Assembly (NCBI GenBank): GCA_002269645.1
Contig: NIVC01000321.1
Span: forward strand, 1-61,823
Reading direction: 5' to 3'
Length of the DNA: 61,823 nt
Origin: Macrostomum lignano
Lineage: Eukaryota
A program made the position numbers and the translations under genes. Of this stretch, positions 23,990-36,179 are shown in pieces (the first letter of the stretch is position 1; the number at the start of each line of letters is the position of its first letter). Below the pieces are notes generated by a model. That model did no database searches and had not been told where the DNA came from. It saw only the letters and a list, made by a program, of their open reading frames with translations.

Positions 23990-26900
23990 TTAATCTGCAG
24001 CGGATGCGGGCGATGCGGCTAGCATAAGTCTTGGCCCTAGGATTAATAACCAGCTCATTGTATCTGCTCGCACTGGCTCACGCCGAAGTGCACTTGCCTG
24101 GTTCGCTGGTGTCGTGACCGGTCCACCTCCTGGCAGCACCCCCGGGATCGCCAAAGGCCGGAAGTGCCATCGGAAGGCCGGCCTTGCGTCGTAGCCGTCA
24201 TCATCGTCATCATCGGCGTCGTCCTGGTCGTCCTCGGGGATCGGCGTCAGGGTCGCGGGTCCTGCGCCGTCGGGAACGTCAGGCGGTCGTTGACGCGTCC
24301 TTGGCTTGTCGACTTCAGGATCGGAAGTCCTCGTGTAGTCAGCGTCAGGCACGAGCAGAAGGTTCCGGCGATGGACGACTAGTTCGTCTCGTCTAGCTTT
24401 CGGGTTTGGCAGTCTCCGTCGAATCTTGTAGACGACCTCGCCCTTGGGCTCGACGACTTCATACAGTGCTTTGCGCGGTCGGTGAAACTTCGCCGCCTCG
24501 TCCGGTTCAAGCGCCGGATTGTTGAGGAAGACCAGGTCGCCAGGTTGAAGCCTCTTGGCGGCGGGCAGGTTCGAGTAGTGCTCGTCTCGCAGTTGCTGGT
24601 GCAGATGCAAGCGCTCCTTGGCTAGCTCAGTCGCTTCGTCCAGGCGACGTTGGAAGTCCTTGACGTAGTCGGGCAGGTCGGCATACTCGGGCAGCTTCTT
24701 CAGCGCGTTGTCGATCGGGAGTCGGAAGTCACGGCCGAACACCAGGTAGTGAGGCGTGAAACCGGTCACCGGGTGCACGCTGGAGCGGAGAGCCATCAGA
24801 CAGGCCGGGAGGAAGGTGTCCCAGTCGTTGTGGTTGCGCTCGAGCAGACAGGTGAGGACACTCTTCAGCTGCTTGTTGAGGTTCTCGACTTGTCCATTGG
24901 AAGCTGGATTGTACGGTGTTGTTGTCGTATGCCGAATGCCAAACAGGTCGCAGAACTTCTTGAAGGCCGAACCGGTGAAGTTGGTGCCTTGGTCGGTGTG
25001 GATCCAGCATGGTACACCGAACTCAGGGATGAAGCGCTCCTGCAGAAGCTTGATGACTGTCTTGGCTTTCTGGTTTCTCATCGGGTAGGCGAATGGATAC
25101 TTCGACGTCGCATCGCACAAGGTCAGGATGTAGCGGTTGCCGCTCTTGCTCTTCTGCGCGATTGGTCCTACTACATCACAGTGGATTCTACCCAGAACTT
25201 CGCAAACTGGGAAGCTCTGGACCGGAACTCTCTCTCGCCGTCGCGATTTACTTTCAAGGCAGGTGCGGCACTTACTGATGAGGTTTTGGTAGCACGGGCT
25301 AATCCGGGTCTCCAGAACCGTTCTCGTAGCCGCAGTAACGTCTTCGTCTCGCCGAGGTGTCCACACAGTGGCGAACTGTGGAGCTCCTGGAGCACCTGGG
25401 CGTCAAGGGCCTCAGGCAGAACAACCTTTGGCGGCTGCTGGCCATCGGACAGGTCAATCAGCAGCAGGCCGTTGTCCTCCTGCAGGTTCTCGTAGTATCC
25501 GAGCAGGTTCCGCTGCTCCTTCGTCAGGCGCAACCGGGCGTCGAACTCAGGCTTCGGGGCTTCGTCCTTGACCAGTTGAGCACGTAGCTAATGGCTCGGT
25601 CAGCGCGCTGGGCTTCAACGAACTGTTGGCGAGTCATCGGCAGCTTCAGAAAATCAGTGAGCACGTCGCGGCATGGCTGAGGGGTCATGACTACCGCAGT
25701 CTCCGCTTTAATGGCTCCAGGTCGATCACACGGCACCGTCTTGTCGGCGTCAGGATTAGGTCGCTCCGAGGGACTTTGTCTCACAACGTCGGCGTACGTC
25801 CGTTGATCTCGTTTCGAAGTTCTCATCGTCGCTCTCGTGACAGAAAATTCCGCAGATGGAGCAGCGCGCATGCCTCCACTGCCTAGCCCAGGCGACTCTT
25901 GGCTGTAGGGCGGGACGCAACACGTGAAGCACGCCTCGTCGCTAGCAGCCGTAGCCGTCGGCTCAGTCGTCGTCAATTCTGGGTGAGTCTTCTCCTGCAC
26001 TGGGCGGTGTCGCAAAGGGGGACTCGACTTTCCGCACAGGCGATGAGCAGCTGTCTGTCGGCCCGGGGGACAGAGCTTCGACCTTGCAGCTGGCGCGAGA
26101 TTCTGGCCTCTGTCAACACGGCGAGAAATCTCAGCGAAAGGCTCGGAGGGGTTGTAGTTAAATTGCTTGCCTGGAGTTGCGTTGCGGGCCGTCATCAGAA
26201 GGGCTGCTGGTGCGGTGGCCTTTGAATCTTGGTCCGTGGGCGTCTCCAGAGTCCGAGACCTGTAGTCTTGGGCATCGTCAAGGAGGTCTGTGTCCACAGT
26301 GGCCTCAAGGTCTTCGTCCAGGTTGGTCTCCAAATTGCAGCGGGCGGCATGGGCATCGCGGCAGAGGGCTGTTGTCGCAGTGGCCTCTGGGTTGTCGTCC
26401 AAGCCGGTCTCCAGGCGTTGACTACAGCGGTGGGCGTCGTGCTGGAAGGCTGCTGGCGCGGTGGCTTCCAGGTCTTCGTCCAGGTCAGTCTCGGCCTCCA
26501 AGCAGCGAGAGTGGACTGTCTTCAGGAGGGCTGCTCTAGCAGTGGCCTCGGGTGTCGGGTCCAAATCCGGTTCCAGGTCGTGGTCGTCACCGGGTCGGGC
26601 TGTAGAACCAGGTTGCTCTAGCAGTCGGCCATGCTCGAAGGAGATCGGCGGCGCCTCCGGTCTTCTTGACAGGGCATCAGCGTTGGCGTGGTCCTTGCCT
26701 TTGCGGTGGTTGAGCTGGAAGCGGAACTCGCTTAGGCGTTCGATCCAGCGGTCTAAAATACCTGTGGCCTGAGTCTGGTTCAGTAACCACAGTAAGGCCC
26801 GATGATCGGATCGAACTTCAAACTTCTTGCCAATTAAATAATGACGAAAATGTCGCATAGCGTCCACAATTGCAAGCAGCTCTTTCTTCGTGACCGTGTA

Positions 26901-29057
26901 GCGCTTCTCAGGATCGCGAAGTTTACGGCTAAAGAATGCAATTGGACGTTCGACACCGTCGGATTGCAGTTGTCCAAGGCAAGCGCCTATTCGAATATCA
27001 GAGGCATCCGTGTCGAGGACAAACTTCACAGCAGGATCAGAATTAAATTCAGGCAGAGCGAGAACTTCAGTAGAACACAATTTCTTCTTCAGAGTGTCGA
27101 ACGCTACCTGATGCTCGGGAGTCCAATGCTGCCGCAGGCTGCCAATGTCCTTTCGCGTCAGGGCATGCAGCGGCGCAGCCACTCCAGCGTAGCCGTCGAC
27201 AAACTTGTGGTAGTAATTGGCGAGGCCTAGGAATTGTCTCAGTTGAGTAACGGACTGTGGCACGGGCCAATCACGGATCTGCGCAATCTTGTCCTCACAG
27301 GTCTTCAGGCCGTCGGGAGTCACGACGTGACCTAAATAATGCAGCTCCTTGAGGAACGAATGACACTTCTTCGGCTTCACTTTGAGGTTTGCTGCGATGA
27401 TGCGCTGGAGCACGGTCCGCAAATTATCCAGCTGTTCCTCAAAGGTCACTGAGTGCACCACGATGTCGTCCATGTAGCCAAGCGCAGTCTTTGGCGTCAG
27501 GCGGTCCAGGAGCTTATTGATGCAACGCTGAAAGCTGCCGGGACTATCGTGGAGACCCATCGGTAGAACTTTAAAACAGAATTGGCCGCGGTCGATCACT
27601 GAGAATGCCGTCAAGTGCTGGTCGCAGTCGCGCAGCGGGATCTGCCAGAAACCTTGAGCAAGGTCCAAGCTAGAATACCACTGAGCACCACGAAGCTTCG
27701 CGAAGGTCTCTTGGATGTGCGGGAGCGGATACGGGTGATACACACACCTGTCGTTGAGAGCTCTGAAGTCGTGGACTAGTCGGATGTTGCCGTCCTTCTT
27801 GGGCACGATGAGCATTGGCGAATTGTAGCTCGAGTAGGCAGGGCGAATGATGTGCTTCGCCAGCATCTCGTCTAGCAGGGCGTCGAGCTTGTCCTTCAGA
27901 TGAGGCGGGATTCTGCGCGGTGGTAGCGCAACTGGTGTCCGATCTTTCAGGACGATCTCGTGGGTCACCAGGTGAGTCAGGCCGGCGTCTAGCAGGTGCT
28001 TGGGGAAGGCCGCTTGACATTCAACTAGTAGATCTCGCACTCGCTGATGTTGTTCTTTGGACAATTCGCTGTTGATCTCGACTTCATCTAGCCATGCTAT
28101 GCTTGACTCTTCAGGACTCTTCGACAGCTGTCGCACTTCAGGTTCGGGCGTCTCGCTCAAGTACATCAGGTCGGCAGTTCGGAGTGGCATCGCAACACCA
28201 ACACGGATACCGGCCTGCAAGAACACCTCGCTGTCGGCGGTGTTGACGACCTCAATGTAGCCGCGACCTTCAGGCATCGTCATCAGAGCAGGCGCTGCTT
28301 CCAGAGCGTTGCAGCTGGGATGCAGCCTCGACTTAACCAGCTCGACAATTGATGGCGATCCTCGATTCTCAGGGTGGCCGTCATCCAGTCTGACGGCAAG
28401 CAGCGCTGAACTTCTAGGCGGCAGGGTGCACTTCTCGGAGGTGTACACTCGGCGGGTCTGAAGCTCACGGCGCGAATAACGAACGGGGATGCACGTGCCG
28501 TTGTTGAACGTCAGCATTCCTTGAGCGAAGTCCAAGTTCTGGCAGTGCTCTCGCATAAACGATACGCCAAGCAATTTTTCACAATCGGAGACCGTCCGCG
28601 ACGACATCACCGAACTCCACCGGAATGGTCACCTTACAAGCAAGTGGGAGCTGCGTCCCATCATACATAGTTACGCAATCGGGAATAGCATGCGATATAA
28701 TACAACGAGGCATCCGACGTCTAATAGCGGCCCAGGTTGACGAACCAAAAAGTTTTTCCGGCTGCCGCTGTCTAGCAAGAAAGGGACCTCTCGACTCGCA
28801 ACTCGACCTGTGACGTACGGATCGGCCTCACGCGCATGGATTTTTTGATTCGGGGAGGTGTCCACGAAACCTCCGCACTCCGCGTCACTTACTGGCGAGT
28901 GACTGTCGGACTGGGCATTGGCGCCTGCACAGCCGACATCCTCTTCTTCTGGTGACCTCTCGGAGTCTGCCAAGTAACCTGGGCTTGGACCTCGCGGAGG
29001 GCGGTGCCGTTGTCGCTCTCCGCCTGGCCGTTTCCCTGGTTCTGGCGCATCGGGCAC
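23990..29057 (-). pseudogene. Gypsy pol (protease, RT, RNase H, long linker, integrase), several frameshifts (about 28750, 28612, 25555, 25330)
   Basis: LLDSGS; YMDDI; LDTDASD, ELLAIV, SDHRAL, NADALSR; H..CGHLG..CRTC, HCDVVG, HTDQG, NGQVENLN. Confidence 0.95.
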
Positions 29058-30058
29058 TGGGTGTTGCGATGACCGGGCTGTCCGCAGCTATAGCAGATTA
29101 TAGCTCTCTTCGGCGGACTGGCTATCTGCTGTTGGTCACGCTGCACCAGGTGATCAAGCAGTCGCTGCTGCTTCTCGATCAAGTCGGTTAGAGTTAGCAA
29201 GGCTTGGGCGGTGACGTCGGGCTTCGGGTCGCCGTCCTGCTCCCCGTCCAACATCCTAACCGGGGGTTGAGCGGTTCGCTGCGCCAATTCTTTGGCGCCT
29301 TCTAGTCGTCGTAGTTCTCGAATCGCAGCAAGAAGATTATTTGGGCGAACCCAGTACAGCCGTTCACGCAGATCTGGAGTCCGGATGCCAGCAAGAAATT
29401 GATCAGCGATCTCCTTCTCGCGGTCTTCAGGATGCATTCGAGGATACGCACGTTCACCAAGAGTTCTCAGGGCGTCAGCAAACTCTTCTGCTGACTCATT
29501 CTTGCCTTGTTGACGACGCCTCAACAGCTCTCTGTACTCATCAGCACCACCATGACGGGCAAATCGCTCAATCAGACGCTGCTTGACCTCCTCGTAGCTG
29601 GCAAAACGCGGAAGATTCATACCAAGCAAGGCAGGATACGCAGTCGCTAAGTCAAGACTCGCGATGAGGTGTTGCTTCATCTCGAACGGGTCGACGATGC
29701 GCTCCATCTCGCAACGCTGCTCGAACGCGGCAAGCCAGACATGAATGTCCTGACTTGGAGTAAATTTCACAGTTTTAACTTGTTTACTCACGGGCCGCTC
29801 CATCTGCTGCTGCAGAGCTGCCATCATGGTCCTCACGTCCTGGTGCGTGATGTTCCGGCCGATGTTGTCCAGGCCTTGCAGAAGCTCGTCTGGCGGGTCG
29901 TCGGACACGTCGCTTCTGGCACCTCGCCTCGGCGTCGGCTGCTGACCAAAGTCGTTGATCGCTGCTGCTGCTGCGGCGTCCGCTGCCGCAGGCCTCAAAC
30001 TGCTGATGTGCTGATCCAGCCGGCTGCTGCACCGGCTCTCGTCTCGCTCGTTGAACAT
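28889..30058 (-). CDS. Gypsy gag
   Basis: RQQGKNESAEEFADALRTL; CYSCGQPGHRNTQC knuckle; frame is open from the PBS. Confidence 0.92.
   Translation of the reverse strand: MFNERDESRCSSRLDQHISSLRPAAADAAAAAAINDFGQQPTPRRGARSDVSDDPPDELLQGLDNIGRNITHQDVRTMMAALQQQMERPVSKQVKTVKFTPSQDIHVWLAAFEQRCEMERIVDPFEMKQHLIASLDLATAYPALLGMNLPRFASYEEVKQRLIERFARHGGADEYRELLRRRQQGKNESAEEFADALRTLGERAYPRMHPEDREKEIADQFLAGIRTPDLRERLYWVRPNNLLAAIRELRRLEGAKELAQRTAQPPVRMLDGEQDGDPKPDVTAQALLTLTDLIEKQQRLLDHLVQRDQQQIASPPKRAIICYSCGQPGHRNTQCPMRQNQGNGQAESDNGTALREVQAQVTWQTPRGHQKKRMSAVQAPMPSPTVTRQ
28994..29036 (-). promoter_or_regulatory. -1 ribosomal frameshift signal (G GGA AAC plus downstream hairpin) at the gag-pro junction
   Basis: Heptamer 29036-29030 in gag frame; -1 frame gives GKRPGGE of the protease ORF; 6-nt spacer then stem GCGGAG..CTCCGC. 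Confidence 0.8.
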
Positions 30059-30129
30059 GTTGAACTCGTCGTAGTCGCTGGCCGATGTCGTTCTCGAAAG
30101 AGCGGTTAGCTTGGGTGTGTCGTAGTCGG

Positions 30130-30147
30130 ATCCCACCGCTGCCACCA
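30130..30147 (-). promoter_or_regulatory. Primer-binding site complementary to tRNA-Leu 3' end
   Basis: TGGTGGCAGCGGTGGGAT one base after the 5' LTR. Confidence 0.88.
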
Positions 30148-30148
30148 G

Positions 30149-31230
30149 TGAAATAGATGCTGATTTCTTCCCGGATTAGGCCCTTGTGGATTACCTTAAA
30201 TCTCGAGCCTCTTCAGAGGGAAGTTCTCTTAAATCTCTCAGTAGCGTAGGTAGTGCTGCCACCAGTTCCTTCAGGTCTCAGCCTTCGGTGAGGTGAGCTT
30301 CCCGTCGGAACAAAATAATGAAGTCAACAAACACAGCACTGCGTGCAGATTTAGAGCGCAACAAATAGGGCGTCTTGTCAGCAGTACCTGCCAGGCTAGG
30401 ATGGTAGAGGGAGGGCTGAGTTAGCCTCTCGTAGACTTGGGTTGACTTGGTCGGGTTTCAGTCGGAGCAATAGGAATAGAATCGATATGCGCAAAGGCTT
30501 GGACACTTGGGATTTAGTTACACGCAGACGTAGAACTCGAGGTTGAACAGAAAGAAGCCTCCTTGACGGAAACAAGGGGGAGAGAGCTCTTATTTATAGC
30601 TGGGAAACTCCCGCGCTCAAGACCTCGTGACTTGTTCTATTTTTAGAACTGACATCACTCGAGAATCTCGGGCAGGGTACAAGCGCACGGAAGACCTCGT
30701 GACTTGTTCTATTTTTAGAAATGACGTCACTCGAGAATCTCGGGCAGGGTACAAGCGCACGGAAGACCTCGTGACTTGTTCTATTTTTAGAACTGACGTC
30801 ACTTGAGGGTCCCCCGGCAGAGTGCACATGGCTGTGACTTAGTTGCTATTTTTAGCAACATGAGTCACTCCTCTCCTTAGAAAAGGGAGGGGTCCGAAAG
30901 CATGTGACTCATCCGGTAAACAGGGCCAGCAAGTGCAGTAAACATGTTTACTGCACTTTGAGACTCAGAGAACGCAGAAACTGTCATGTGACCAGCTCAC
31001 AAGACAGGGAGACAAAGACTGACGAAACAAGGACAGCCCGCAACAGAGAAGTTGCGGGCTGAGAAACGCAGGGCAACACGGGCAGAAGAAAGGGAGGGGG
31101 CAGCAACAGACAGCCAAGAGGAGGGAAGCGGGAAGCTGCCCAGCGGCAGACAGCAACCCAGGGCAAGGGCGAGGGCAAGGGCAACTGCTAACAAAGTGGG
31201 ACGCCTAACATTAACTAGCGGATCACTACA
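30149..31230 (-). repeat. 5' LTR (1082 bp, three copies of the 72-bp motif)
   Basis: Differs from the 3' LTR by one 72-bp unit and 9 transitions counted by eye. Confidence 0.97.
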
Positions 31231-32690
31231 CTGCTCTAATTAGTTTCCCATTCTCACCCTTTTCTCTGGTAGTTTTAGTTATAATAATATTAGTTTTTAT
31301 TATATATTTCAATGATATTAGAACTCAGTAAAATACAATAGCCTAATATCAAGAAATGATATCCTATCTTTGCCTCTAACTATATTTTGATTTTCCTAGA
31401 TCTACTAGTTACATTTTAAGATTTAATTTTCCAAAAGGTCTAGAAATTCAATTGTTAGATATTGTTAGAAGATCTAGAAGTCAGCTAACAAAGACCATTG
31501 ACTAGCAAGGTAGCCAGTTTTCTATATATTGCAGATCACTTTTATAATTGCACAAGGGCTTCAATAGCTTTAAGAAATGCTTCTAGCTTAAGTAGATGCT
31601 GCAAATTAAAAGCAATAAAAAAGCAGACAAGTACAATGATGGTATCCATCATATAAATATAAATCATTTAAATCTTTAACCAAAGATGCTAAGAAAAAGT
31701 TAATACGTGCCTTTTTGAACATATTATTAGTACAAATAAAATAAAAAATAAGCTCTTTTGATGACTTCCAATATTCAGGAATAATAAGAATAATAAAAAT
31801 AAATAACATAATTTATGCTTTGTTTTGCTAAACAAATAGTATAGCAAATTTCTGATTCATTTTAATATAATATTTAATAAATTGCATGATTACATAGACA
31901 CACATACGCACATGGACAAACCATTTTTAGTATATGGATCTCACTAGTTTAGTCTATTTGAATTTGACTTGGCTCATTACTATTTTTACTTCATCTATAG
32001 AATGAGAAATACAATAAAGATAAAATTACTTTTGGGACAGCAATTATAGTTACTATTAATTAATGTCTGAAAAAACTATGAAGTATAGTAGTACCTTACA
32101 AAGACTAAAGAAATGAAGTGTAGCCACTGAACTTTGGTGGTAATCAAGGGCATTCTACAGGCCATTAGTGCACTTGCACTGGGGTTCTTGCTGCCACCAA
32201 TGTTTAAGAACAAAAACTTAGAGTCAAATCACATAGTACATTTGCCGATGCACAATGGCTGACAAGCAATTATATATAGCCAGTGAAAGGTTAAAATGAC
32301 TCACCCAACTGGGGTGGCAAGTGGCATGTACAGAGTAAAGCAAGATGTAAGTAATTCGAGAACAGCTCCCACACCTGACAGCAAAAATCATACACAATGT
32401 CACACTAATAAATCTTTGTTTATCTTCAAGAGCTTATGAAAAAAACATATTCTACTTAAAGTATGATTGTCAAAGTTTATATTGAAAATTTTCATCTAGT
32501 TGCTCTTTAACTCATTAGGTTAGCTATTCCTTAGCTACTGATAAAGAATCTGTGAATATTAGTTAATAACTAATTCAGTACATTCAGTACTTTTTAAGTT
32601 TGCCAGGCTTGATTTTAGCCACGATTAAAACAAAATAAAAAGTTTCCTGTAAAACAAACTTCTTCTGCTCCAGACCAGTTGACTGTTGCC

Positions 32691-33170
32691 ATGCCGCTGC
32701 CAGCCTCATCACTGAGCCTGCTGCTCTTGTCTCCCAGGAGACTAGCAATCCCAGCCTCCATCTGTTGCTATCGCCAATTTCAAACAAGCCAATCGCTGAA
32801 TAAAAACAGCGGCAAGCCCCGATTGAAGACCATCCCAGTGTCCAACGCTTCTCAACGAGTTGCCCGCGGCTCCGCGGCCGCCTCAGCTCAGGCTCTGCTC
32901 AACCTCACGCCTGAGGCTTTGAAGAAGAAAATTGAAGAGCGCAACGCGGCTGAGGCTGCCGATCCCAGACGGGGTCGCCAGCCGGAAGCGGAGTGCCACC
33001 TCCGCGACCTGTTCGAGCCGAGACGCCTGCCATTGGTGGAGATTCTACGAAGGCATCGAGAGTTTGCCTGTCCAGAGATGCTGGACAATCCGAGCGGTCA
33101 GCTGTATGCCACTTGCTTGTTCGACATGACCTCTGTTAAGCAGGGCAAGTTTATGGCTCCGTTCTCTAAG
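32691..33170 (+). CDS. MRPL1: Mitochondrial ribosomal protein uL1m exon 1 (includes presequence-like N-terminus)
   Basis: ATG 32691; LFEPRRLPLVEILRRHREF..DMTSVKQGKFMAPFSK; donor GTGAGA phase 0. Confidence 0.85.
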
Positions 33171-33800
33171 GTGAGATACTGTTAGAGATCCCTATATTAT
33201 CTTCATCTTCATAGATTTAAGAGTGAGTTGTAGCCTAGTGAGAAGAGCCTCGGACTCACGACTGGAAGATCTTGGACTGGAAGTCCTTGGACTGAACAGC
33301 CGTAGGCAGCCTTTAGATGCGCCGCGCAATAGCTGCGACTGAGCTGTCGGTTGCACATCTAGCTATTGGGGTAGATGTAATCAATTATTATTATTATTAT
33401 TTGTGTCGTCGTGACGCAGCACGACAATTTTGGCATCCTGATTTTTTGTGTTTTTTTTCCAAGCTGGATACGTACGGTTAAATATGCTGGTGTTTTATTT
33501 GATTTTGAGCTTTTTGACTGACGTCAGCTAGCAATCCTTAGTTTGGACCTAGGATGCCAAGCAATGCTGTGGTTCTGACGCTTAAAAGTTCAAGAAAGAT
33601 CTAAAGATTTACATCTCTTAAGGTTGAGATTTAGACTCCTAAATCAATGTCCATTGGTGAGATTTGAGGGCCCTTAAGAGGTAGTAGGCTATACAAAGCA
33701 GGTTGGTATTTAAACAAAAGATAATTTGAATATCGATTTTTGATCACCTGGCGTTGCCTCAGGTGCTTGCAGCCGCCCCTGAAATTATTATAGAATTTTC

Positions 33801-34624
33801 CAAGCGATTTAATCCTCAGTGGGAAAATCAAGCTATTGAAGACTTTTTTTTCATTGTCTATGGCCCAAAATGGGGCCTACGGAGCAGCCAATTTGAGAAT
33901 CTGGGCGCGCAATTAATCCTTTCCTCAGTGCTCGTATATCCTTCACGAATAACTTCATTGAAATAACGTCTGCAAATGGATGTCATATCAAGAAACGATT
34001 TAACGTTAACACTTTGATTTTAGAAAAACAATCAAAACAGGCAAATGCAAAACCATGCCATACAGTATAAGCCGAGAACAATCGTGTCTCTCAAAACAGT
34101 GTTGGAAAGATTGAAATCAAACCCGATCAATGTTCAGAGAATTTCTTCCTCGTTTAAACAGCGTGGTATGAAGCGAAGCATCTGCCAAAACCAGCCACCG
34201 CATTTGGCTATTGTAATTTCATAGCGACGCCTGATCGAATACACTGTTTTTTCTCTTTACGTCCAGCCATCGCGAAATGTGCTCAGCACTACCACGATGG
34301 CAGCGACAATGAGGTCGTACTTTTCGTTGCTTATCTTGCGATAGGGTTCTCGCCCTGCAGGATTCTGCTCATCCACTGCATCTTGTGCTGTATAGCAAAA
34401 CTTTCGTCACTGCTTTGCTCGCTAAATTCTCCGTTTGCCATATCTATGTTTGTCTAATGAAATCTGTTATTCTCTATGGTCTAAGGCTTGCACAACTGTT
34501 AAAAGGATTAATTGCGCGCCCAAATTCTCGAATTGGCTGCTCCGTAGACCCCCTTTTCGGGCCATAGACAATGAAAAACAAGTCTTCAACAGGTTGATTT
34601 TCCCACTAAGGATTAAATTGCTTG
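33801..34624. mobile_element. Element bounded by about 118-bp inverted repeats with decayed coding-like core
   Basis: 33801-33918 is an imperfect reverse complement of 34507-34624; superfamily not resolved. Confidence 0.6.
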
Positions 34625-34665
34625 CTCCTAGGCCTTAATTGGCTTGGAAAATGTTATATTACTAT

Positions 34666-35455
34666 TGGTTTTGACAATCAATATGAGAAAATGGACAATC
34701 AAAATGAAAACAGCCGTAGATCTGCATGCAGCAGCTCAGCTCAGCTTCGCAGCAGCTGCGGCTTAGGCCATAGACTTTTTGACGATCGAAATGAGAATTG
34801 GACAATCAAAATGGCAACGGAAGCAGTGTGCGCGTTTATTTGAATGAAATTTTAACAATAGAAACGAGAAATTGACAACAGAAATGGCAACACAGTCAGA
34901 AAAATGATGGAAACACAGCAGTCGTGCAGCATAGGTTCAGAACTCCTGCCCAGCAAGGCAGCGTCCAAGCTGACGGAAGCAGCGCAATTCCCACGCACCT
35001 GCCTTGTCCGGAGTCACGGCTTCAGGCAATGACTCACGCGCCACTCTCTCCAGCAGCATGTAACGCCACTCTTCCTGGTTCACGCCTTCTGGGGCAACTG
35101 CCTCTTCCCCAACGATGTCAGGCTGCGCCAGTCTGCTTTTGATCTTGGCCTTGAGGCAACTGTTGGCGAATTCCGAAGGGTTCAGAAAAGGTGAATATCC
35201 CGGAAGAATGCGGATGGACACAGCGTGCTGCAAACTGGAGAGATGGCTGAGAAAGATGGCTGGCTAATGCTTAAATATGCTGCCTCGCTAAACTAACCGC
35301 GCGTTGCCATTTTGATTGTCCAATTCTCATTTCGATCGTCCAAAGTCTTTGGCCTAAGCCGCAGCTGCTGCGAAGCTGAGCTGAGCTGCTGCATGCAGAT
35401 CTACGGCTGTTTTCATTTTGATTGTCCATTTTCTCATATTGATTGTCAAAACCAA
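34666..35455 (-). mobile_element. Internally deleted IS630/Tc1/mariner-type transposon with about 165-bp TIRs
   Basis: TIR pair at about 34666-34830 and 35299-35455; remnant ILPGYSPFLNPSE matches the LPPYSPDLNPIE motif. Confidence 0.82.
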
Positions 35456-35492
35456 ACCAAATATTATCATTAAATCTGCCATATTGCCGCAG

Positions 35493-35797
35493 GTGATCCG
35501 GCTTCCCCACGCTCTCCCGGAGTCCTTGGTCCGCCAGCACACGGTCATCGCTTTCTGCTCATCGCCCGAGCTAGCCGAAGATCTCAAAGCCAAAGGCGCT
35601 ATGGATGCTGGCGGAGCCGACCTGCTTGGCAAACTGGAGACTGGCGTCTACATTCAAGAGAACTTTGATTACGTCATCTGTCATCCAGACTTTTGGCCCA
35701 GTCTGTTGAAAGCTAGAAAACTATTGAAGGACGCGATGCCTGCCCAGAAATCGCCTCAGATATCTGAAGATATGGAGTCTGCTTTGATGCTGTACAA
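35493..35797 (+). CDS. MRPL1: uL1m exon 2
   Basis: Acceptor gccgcAG; VIAFC..GAMDAGGADLL..FDYVICHPD; donor AA|GTAGGT phase 2. Confidence 0.9.
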
Positions 35798-36179
35798 GTA
35801 GGTTAATAATCGCTTCTGTGTGTTCTTAAATTTTGAAGTAGTCACCCGTTACAAAAGTATATGCCAAGGCTTTAGTTACAATATATACTTGATTTGTAAC
35901 CAAAAGGAACAGAAATAAATAAATTAATTATTTTTTCTAGGGGTACATCAATGCAATATTTTTGTTATTAGGGACCAAAGTGATATACGATATTATACAT
36001 ATCTGAAGCTTTTTTTCAAGTTTTATAAGAACGTATTAAATAATATTTAACATTACTTGTCTGAGGTTAACAGAGCATTTTCAAAACTCAAGTTCCACTT
36101 TTCGATTTTGATTTCTAACTCATTAGAAATTAGCTAAATTAGCTCTGCTGACTTAATATAAGAATTTTTGTTTTAATAT

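Larger units (their letters stand above)
21261..31230 (-). mobile_element. Full-length Ty3/Gypsy LTR retrotransposon, 4-bp TSD CTGC
   Basis: TSD 21257-21260 and 31231-31234; paired LTRs; PBS, PPT, gag-pro-RT-RH-INT order. Confidence 0.97.

Noticed and set aside
24164-29586. Many plus-strand ORFs over the Gypsy and antisense ORFs over the LINE and Ngaro
   Set aside because: Shadow ORFs expected opposite GC-rich coding sequence
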